Source of the DNA: an uncultured archaeon
GTDB taxonomy: Archaea; Nanobdellota; Nanobdellia; Pacearchaeales; GW2011-AR1
Assembly (NCBI GenBank): GCA_903831045.1
Contig: CAIKWG010000038.1
Span: forward strand, 1-42,006
Reading direction: 5' to 3'
Length of the DNA: 42,006 nt
Below, one piece after another: positions 36,253 through 42,006 of this stretch. Position 1 is the stretch's first letter; each line of letters begins with the position of its first letter. Under the pieces are notes generated by a model. That model made no database searches. It had not been told where the DNA came from and saw nothing but the letters and a program-made list of their open reading frames with translations. The translations under genes and the position numbers were made by a program.

Positions 36253-36711
36253 TTAGTTACCTATTGCCTTGAAGTTATAAACTGTTTCAGGACATCTTTG
36301 CTTTTCACCCTTAGTATCTGTGAAATAAGCTGAAACTATTGCTCTACTAACATTCGCTAATCCTAGTTTATATATTGAAAAAGTCTTAACCTTCATTGGT
36401 CCGAAAGCTTCTTCAAAAGTAGTCACATCACTAGCATCGGTATCACTTTGAAGTACAATTTCAACACCCTCAATTATATCTTCTCCACCTGAAGTTCTAG
36501 CCACAGTAACACTGTAGTTTCCAGCTGAATTATTTATAACCTTTGTAGCTTGAATATCAATTTCTAAGCACCTTGTACTTTTATCAATTGTAGAACTACT
36601 ACTATCAAGAAGGCCCTTAACAACTCCCCAGATAATCATAATAGCAACAATTGTTAATAGGATTATAATCAATGTTGTCACAACAGCAGATAAACCTTTG
36701 TTGTTTTTCAT
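36253..36711 (-). CDS. archaeal type IV pilin-like protein
   Basis: Class III signal KG|LSAVVTTLIIILL; SD-like AGGAGGT at 36721-36727. Confidence 0.88.
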   Translation of the reverse strand: MKNNKGLSAVVTTLIIILLTIVAIMIIWGVVKGLLDSSSSTIDKSTRCLEIDIQATKVINNSAGNYSVTVARTSGGEDIIEGVEIVLQSDTDASDVTTFEEAFGPMKVKTFSIYKLGLANVSRAIVSAYFTDTKGEKQRCPETVYNFKAIGN

Positions 36712-36720
36712 ATCTTTTTA

Positions 36721-36790
36721 ACCTCCTTTCAATAATTGGAACGAATTAAACTTTAATTCAAAATAATATAGTTAAACCCCTATAAAAAGC
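36721..36790 (-). promoter_or_regulatory. pilin promoter, 5' hairpin and Shine-Dalgarno site
   Basis: TTTTTATA at 36781-36788; palindrome GAATTAAA-C-TTTAATTC at 36743-36759; ACCTCCT at 36721. Confidence 0.65.
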
Positions 36791-36793
36791 TTA

Positions 36794-38020
36794 TTATTCT
36801 CTAGGCTTAGTTAGCTCTTTAGTGAAATTTTCAATTATTTGAAAAAAATCCTTAGAAGACATTACTTTATCCACATCTGTCAATCCTCTTTGCTCTGAAA
36901 ACTTTGCAAATGCTTTTGGACTGAAATTTCTCTTCCTCAAAGAAGCAATTGTTGGAAGTTTTTCATCTTCAAAGCCGGTGTATTCCCCTTCCTCAATTTT
37001 CTTCATGATATTTCTTTTAGATAATACCAAATCATTAAACTTGATCCTTCCCATAAAAAATGCCCATGGATATTTCTTATCAAATACTTCAAAAATCATT
37101 TCTTGCCTCTTGGCATTATCCATATGGTCCTTTCCTCTAATAATATGAGTCATTCCCAGTTCAATATCATCCACTGGAACAGCTAAATTCATCAGAGGCC
37201 AAACTCTGTACTTTTTTCCCTGTCTTGGGTGTTCAGTTAGATTAATTCTAGCAAGAGGGAAATCTCTCATTGCAGGATTTGGATGTTTCATGTCTGATTT
37301 AAATCTCAGAACAGCTTCTCCTTCCTTGAAACCTTTTTTATCAAGCATTTTTTCCCAATCTTTAATATTTGCTTTCACCGTTTTTTTTCTACAAGGGCAA
37401 TCTTTTTTGCTTTCGGATATTTTTTTAAAATCTTCCTGAGAACAAGTACAGATGTACCCTTTAGACTTTTCAATTAAACTTACTGCATATCCATAGTATA
37501 AATCCATTCTATCTGAAGAAGCCAAATATTCTGTAACATTTCCAAAAATCCAATCAAAATCTTTTTTTACATTTTCATAGGATTCAGGTCTGGCGGTCGT
37601 AGGATCAGTGTCATCCATAATTGAGTAAAATTTTCCTCCATATTTTTTTACATAAAGTGAAGTTGGCATTGCAGAAATAATATGCCCAACATGTAAAGGT
37701 CCAGAAGGTGCAGGTCTGAATCTCATAATAACTCCAGACTTAGGAACATCTGGTAATTCAGGTAAGCCCTCACGATGCTCACGTTCAGAAACAGCATCTT
37801 TCAATTTTTCAAATTCTTTTTCTTGCTTATCCAAACTTAATTTTGAAATTTCTTTTATAATCTCATTAATTTTTGGCATAATTTCTTTAACTTCTGATTT
37901 CTCAAGTCCTTCATTAAATAATGCAGAAAGCACAGCTCCAGGATTAGCTTTTCCTTCATAGTGAATTGCATTCTTCAAGGCATAGGCTTTAATTTTTTTA
38001 TCTAAATTTTTTATTACCAT
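36794..38020 (-). CDS. gltX: archaeal-type glutamyl-tRNA synthetase, C-terminally short
   Basis: ALKNAIHYEGKA N-domain, PSGPLHVGH, DDTDP, THIIRGKDH, VLSKR; 408 aa. Confidence 0.85.
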   Translation of the reverse strand: MVIKNLDKKIKAYALKNAIHYEGKANPGAVLSALFNEGLEKSEVKEIMPKINEIIKEISKLSLDKQEKEFEKLKDAVSEREHREGLPELPDVPKSGVIMRFRPAPSGPLHVGHIISAMPTSLYVKKYGGKFYSIMDDTDPTTARPESYENVKKDFDWIFGNVTEYLASSDRMDLYYGYAVSLIEKSKGYICTCSQEDFKKISESKKDCPCRKKTVKANIKDWEKMLDKKGFKEGEAVLRFKSDMKHPNPAMRDFPLARINLTEHPRQGKKYRVWPLMNLAVPVDDIELGMTHIIRGKDHMDNAKRQEMIFEVFDKKYPWAFFMGRIKFNDLVLSKRNIMKKIEEGEYTGFEDEKLPTIASLRKRNFSPKAFAKFSEQRGLTDVDKVMSSKDFFQIIENFTKELTKPRE

Positions 38021-38050
38021 AGTTTTCTATAGAAAAAATAGTTTATTAAT

Positions 38051-38413
38051 TTAATCATAACTTCCAGAATTCTTTTTTTCAAGAACTTCTATTCTTTGTT
38101 GTAAATGATAAATCTGATTTGATAAATCTTCAATTTTGTTTGTCATGTCCAGTAATCTTCTACCAAGTCTTTGTCTTTTTTCTTCGGGGGTTAGAGTGCT
38201 TGCTCCTTCAGAACTATCACTTGTGTAACCAGAAGAACTTGCTGAACTTGGCATAGCTCCTCCAAATATACTAAATTGAGAAGAATCACTAGAACTTGTA
38301 GAATTAGAAGTAGCTACAGGGGCTTCTTCGTAAACCTTACGTCTTGGGGTACCAAGATTTCCCTCTGCTTTTCCAGTCCAATCAACAACTTTCTTTTTTC
38401 CGAAAATAGCCAT
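38051..38413 (-). CDS. hypothetical protein: Ser-rich linker plus C-terminal coiled coil
   Basis: MAIFGKKKVVDW...IEDLSNQIYHLQQRIEVLEKK. Confidence 0.75.
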   Translation of the reverse strand: MAIFGKKKVVDWTGKAEGNLGTPRRKVYEEAPVATSNSTSSSDSSQFSIFGGAMPSSASSSGYTSDSSEGASTLTPEEKRQRLGRRLLDMTNKIEDLSNQIYHLQQRIEVLEKKNSGSYD

Positions 38414-38487
38414 GGTTTATCTAGGAGAAGGATATTTTTAAGGATATTGGTAGAACAATTTTTAAATAGAATTTCCTTTAATTTATC

Positions 38488-40056
38488 ATGGCTACAGTGC
38501 AACAAATCATAGCCGCAATCAATCCAGATTTGTACTATGATTCAAAGGGTGATAAAAAAAATTTAAATGACTTCAAGGAATTAATAAAAAAAGAGGGAGT
38601 TATTACTGCTGCTGAAAAAGCAAAACCCAAACCAATTAGTTTTAGAAAAATTGATCCAACCTTTAGAGATACAAGTGCAGGAGATATGCTCAAAGGAGAT
38701 TTGAAAGCAACTCATAATCTAGTCTATGACTCTTCATCAGAAGCACTTGAGCCAGTTTATTTTTTCTTACTTGACCTAATGAATGATTTTGGGCTTGCAC
38801 CAGAAAAACTTTATGATAACTTTTCTTCTTCAGAAGGTTCGGGGCACTTTGGAGATATGGGTCAAAGAAAAACTATGATGCAAAAAACAGCATCAGAATA
38901 TCTTGCAAATATTAACACAGTATTAAGAAGCATTCTTAATCTATTATATGACCTTCGTGATTTTGAGATAAGACTTCAAGCTTACAAGGAGTTACATAGT
39001 GATAAAAAAGATATTCGTGATGGAGCATTGTTAGCATTAAAACAAGTTTGGATGGATAAGGTAGATGCAGTTCAAAAAGGAAATTCTAGTATAAAGGCAA
39101 TGGCTCTTGGTCAAGGGGGATATTTTTCAACACTTATTGATGCTTTTCTTGCCGCAGAAGATGCTTCAAAGGTAGAAAGTTTAGATTTGAATCAAATTGT
39201 AAAAAGAATCATCAAACAACGTCTAGTTGAATTTGATGGATGGATAAAACTTTCTGAAAAAGAATTGGATAAAAGATACAAATTAGAAAGAAGTTATCTA
39301 AAAAGTCAAGTGAACAGTTTGAAGCTCTATGCAAACTGGGCAAAACCTTATCTTAAAGCAGCAAAGACTTTAGAAATGAAAGATGCAGGAAGAAATCCTG
39401 CTTTGGTAAAATCTTTTGATACGATGATTTTAGAACTTACTCTTTTCGGAAAGAATAGAATTGATCCAGTTTCTCTTGCTAAAGAAGGAAAGCTTCCAAA
39501 GAATTTTGTCAAAATGAAATTGAAAAGGGATTATTATGCATGTATTCTTGTTGATTTAAATTTTAGAAGTATCCCTCAGAGAGTGCAAGGACAATCTCAC
39601 TATGCTTTTGGAGGAAGAACGGAATTTTCTGTTTGGGCCTATGCTCTAAGTGGAGATGAACTAAAGCAATTGGACGAAATTCTTAAGAAAACAGAACTGG
39701 ACGATGTTTTGGGTCTAATTGAGGGTGCCACAACAGACAGTTTAGATTTTATGAAAGAAGAACTGGATAAATATCTTAATGATGAAGACTCTGAAGAATC
39801 AAAAGCAGCAAAAAAAACAAAGGACCAATCAAATCCTTTCCTTGCTTTGTTTGGAAAATATGATTCCTCTGGAGAAAAAAAGAAGGATGTAAAAAAAGAT
39901 GCAAAACCTAAAGATTTTACAAAAGCTCCAGTTGAGAAAGATAACTGGTATGAAAAAGAGTATATAAGAAAAATGGCTGCCGCAGCTGCAATTGATAGCG
40001 CATTTAGTATTTTTGATATCTACAAAAAGGCACATCAAATGCCAAGTTATACCTAA
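38488..40056 (+). CDS. large helical hypothetical protein
   Basis: 522 aa uninterrupted ORF; divergent from 38413; own TATA. Confidence 0.85.
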   Translation: MATVQQIIAAINPDLYYDSKGDKKNLNDFKELIKKEGVITAAEKAKPKPISFRKIDPTFRDTSAGDMLKGDLKATHNLVYDSSSEALEPVYFFLLDLMNDFGLAPEKLYDNFSSSEGSGHFGDMGQRKTMMQKTASEYLANINTVLRSILNLLYDLRDFEIRLQAYKELHSDKKDIRDGALLALKQVWMDKVDAVQKGNSSIKAMALGQGGYFSTLIDAFLAAEDASKVESLDLNQIVKRIIKQRLVEFDGWIKLSEKELDKRYKLERSYLKSQVNSLKLYANWAKPYLKAAKTLEMKDAGRNPALVKSFDTMILELTLFGKNRIDPVSLAKEGKLPKNFVKMKLKRDYYACILVDLNFRSIPQRVQGQSHYAFGGRTEFSVWAYALSGDELKQLDEILKKTELDDVLGLIEGATTDSLDFMKEELDKYLNDEDSEESKAAKKTKDQSNPFLALFGKYDSSGEKKKDVKKDAKPKDFTKAPVEKDNWYEKEYIRKMAAAAAIDSAFSIFDIYKKAHQMPSYT

Positions 40057-40123
40057 TTTCTCTCAAATTTTGGCCAATTTTACCCCTCCGTAGCTTTTTA
40101 AACGCAATTTTCTTCGATATTGG

Positions 40124-41902
40124 ATGGCAAAGGAAAAAAACCCCATATTTAAACTATTTTCTGAAGAATGGAAGAATCTTGGAACAAAAAAGCGAAAAAG
40201 GCTCTTTGTTGGCTATATGTTTCTGTTTTTAATAGCCGGAGCCATAAATCTTCTTCAACCTCTTTTAATTGGGTTAATTTTTAATTCTATTCAGCAAAAT
40301 ATTACTTCTCACGCAGACTTTACAAGATTGATTTTTCTAATTTCCAGTTTACTTCTAGTAACAATAGGTTTTTGGATGTTTCATGGAGTTGGAAGAGTTT
40401 TAGAAGAACTTACGGGATTTCAAGTTAATAGGAATTATATTAATAATAAAATAAAAAAAGTTTTGGAACTTCCAATAAAATGGCATAAGGACAATCATTC
40501 TGGGGATACAATAGATAAAATAAATAAAGGAAGTGACGCTCTTGCAAATTTTGCAAATGCCACAACCTATGATATAGTCTATGCAATTACAAATCTTTTT
40601 GGTTCAATAATTGTCTTGTTTTTCCTAGATTGGAAAATTGCGATTTTCACACTTGGATTTTCAATAGTATGCCTGACTGCAATAGTTTTGATTGATAGAA
40701 GATTGATTAGATATTACAAAGAACTGAACACCTATGGAAATAAAGTTTCTTCTACAATATTTGATTATATTAGCAATATAATTACTGTGGTTACGCTAAG
40801 ATTAAAGAAAGTAGTATCACGAGATGTTGATAAAAAACTTTCAGATAGCTATGATCTTAATAAAAAAACGGTAATCCTAAATGAAATTAAGTGGGGGGCA
40901 GTAAGTATTGCAATTTCCCTTATGATTGTTCTAGCTTTAATATTCAGAGCAACAACGGATTACAATACAACTGGAATAATCCTAATTGGAACACTCTACA
41001 TGCTCTACGGATATCTAAGTAATGTGGGACAAACATTTTATGGATTTGCTTATCTTTATGGAAGATTAGTAAAATATAGTTCAAGAATTTCAAATGCAGA
41101 ATCAATAGAAAAAGCCTATGATGAAATTCCTTCTGAATCTGGAGGAAAGCTTCCAGAAAATTGGAGAGAAATAAAACTAAAAGACGTTTCTTTTGCCTAT
41201 GATGTTAATGGAAAAAGACAACACATAGATGGAATTAATCTAAAGTTTAGAAAAGGTCAAAAGATTGCACTTGTGGGAGAAAGTGGTTCAGGAAAGAGTA
41301 CTGTACTTTCACTTTTAAGAGGATTGTATACTCCAAGCAGAGGAGAAATCAAATGCGACGGAGAAAAATTAGAAGGTGGACTTTCTAAATTAAAGTCCCA
41401 TGTAACTTTAATTCCTCAGGATCCAGAATTATTCAACAATACAATAAGATATAACATTACCTTAGATCAATCTGTGAAAAAAGATGAACTTAACAAAATA
41501 ATTTCAATGGCTCAGTTTAGTCAGATTGCTCAAAGATTGGAAAATGGATTAGATACAAATGTTCTAGAAAAGGGAGTTTCTCTAAGTGGCGGAGAAAAAC
41601 AAAGATTAGCACTAGCGAGGGGATTGCTAGCTGCACGAGATAGCGATATTGTTCTTCTAGATGAACCAACAAGTAGTGTTGATAGTATGAATGAATTGAA
41701 GATACATGAAAATGTTTTCAAAGAATTCAAAAAGAAAACTATTATCTCTTCAATCCATAGATTACATCTGCTTGAAAAATTTGATTATATCTATTTCTTT
41801 GAAAAAGGAAAAATAATTGCAGAAGGAAGTCTAAATCAAATGAAAAAGAATGCAAAATTCAAGGTTCTCTGGGATAAATATTCTACAACAAAACAAAAAT
41901 AA
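40124..41902 (+). CDS. ABC exporter, fused permease-ATPase (MsbA/MdlB-like)
   Basis: TM domain, GESGSGKST, LSGGEKQR, LLDEPTS, IHR. Confidence 0.93.
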   Translation: MAKEKNPIFKLFSEEWKNLGTKKRKRLFVGYMFLFLIAGAINLLQPLLIGLIFNSIQQNITSHADFTRLIFLISSLLLVTIGFWMFHGVGRVLEELTGFQVNRNYINNKIKKVLELPIKWHKDNHSGDTIDKINKGSDALANFANATTYDIVYAITNLFGSIIVLFFLDWKIAIFTLGFSIVCLTAIVLIDRRLIRYYKELNTYGNKVSSTIFDYISNIITVVTLRLKKVVSRDVDKKLSDSYDLNKKTVILNEIKWGAVSIAISLMIVLALIFRATTDYNTTGIILIGTLYMLYGYLSNVGQTFYGFAYLYGRLVKYSSRISNAESIEKAYDEIPSESGGKLPENWREIKLKDVSFAYDVNGKRQHIDGINLKFRKGQKIALVGESGSGKSTVLSLLRGLYTPSRGEIKCDGEKLEGGLSKLKSHVTLIPQDPELFNNTIRYNITLDQSVKKDELNKIISMAQFSQIAQRLENGLDTNVLEKGVSLSGGEKQRLALARGLLAARDSDIVLLDEPTSSVDSMNELKIHENVFKEFKKKTIISSIHRLHLLEKFDYIYFFEKGKIIAEGSLNQMKKNAKFKVLWDKYSTTKQK

Positions 41903-41943
41903 GAAATACCAAGCCTTAAATATTTCTAAAACCTAAGTTTAAT

Positions 41944-42006
41944 ATGATAAAAACTAAAAAAGAAAAGGAAGAAACAATTGAAGAAATAGAAGAAGAACTT
42001 GATGAA
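41944..42006 (+). CDS. 5' end of an acidic protein (3'-partial)
   Basis: ATG about 22 nt after CTTAAATA; frame open to the window end. Confidence 0.5.
   Translation, partial: MIKTKKEKEETIEEIEEELDE

Noticed and set aside
510-41730. Short antisense or overlapping ORFs in the track (e.g. 510..701, 1380..1571, 7157..7393, 15672..15980, 20849..21151, 32037..32363, 41530..41730)
   Set aside because: They lie within well-supported genes, have shadow-like F/S/L/I-rich composition and lack promoters.
1-42006. CRISPR array, IS element, prophage or DGR
   Set aside because: No regularly spaced repeats, transposase, reverse transcriptase, capsid or terminase motifs, and no TR/VR pair were seen by eye.
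1-42006. Alternative genetic code or programmed frameshifts
   Set aside because: Conserved genes translate full length with the standard code; TAA, TAG and TGA all act as stops.

Overview
AT-rich (about 30% GC by eye) archaeal chromosome segment. The markers (fused RpoA'/A'', unsplit RpoB, archaeal EF-1a/EF-2/NusA/DnaG, archaeal pilin, DUF5652-like protein, many short ORFans) point to a DPANN archaeon, most likely Pacearchaeota/Woesearchaeota-like (inference). Contents: the 3' part of an SMC gene; a surface protein; endonuclease IV; DnaG; the rpoH-rpoB-rpoA-nusA-S12-S7-EF2-EF1a cluster; tRNA-Lys(UUU); a dNTP-supply cluster (trx, thyA, tmk-like, dut, class II RNR, nrdR); a U32 protein; a pilin; a truncated GluRS; and an ABC exporter. 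Main highlights: (1) a condensin-type SMC with a Rad50-like CPVC zinc hook where the hinge should be; (2) the conserved transcription/translation gene cluster is interrupted by small ORFans, several flanked by short direct repeats or inserted precisely at TAAAATG junctions, suggesting a microhomology-based gene-cassette process; (3) most genes look leaderless, while the few leadered ones start with 5' hairpins, including a long structured dnaG leader; (4) tandem bacterial-type NrdR boxes in an archaeal TATA promoter; (5) altered catalytic motifs in the TMK-like protein, EF-2 and RNAP, and a GluRS lacking its anticodon-binding domain. All calls are from motif recognition by eye; no database searches were run.
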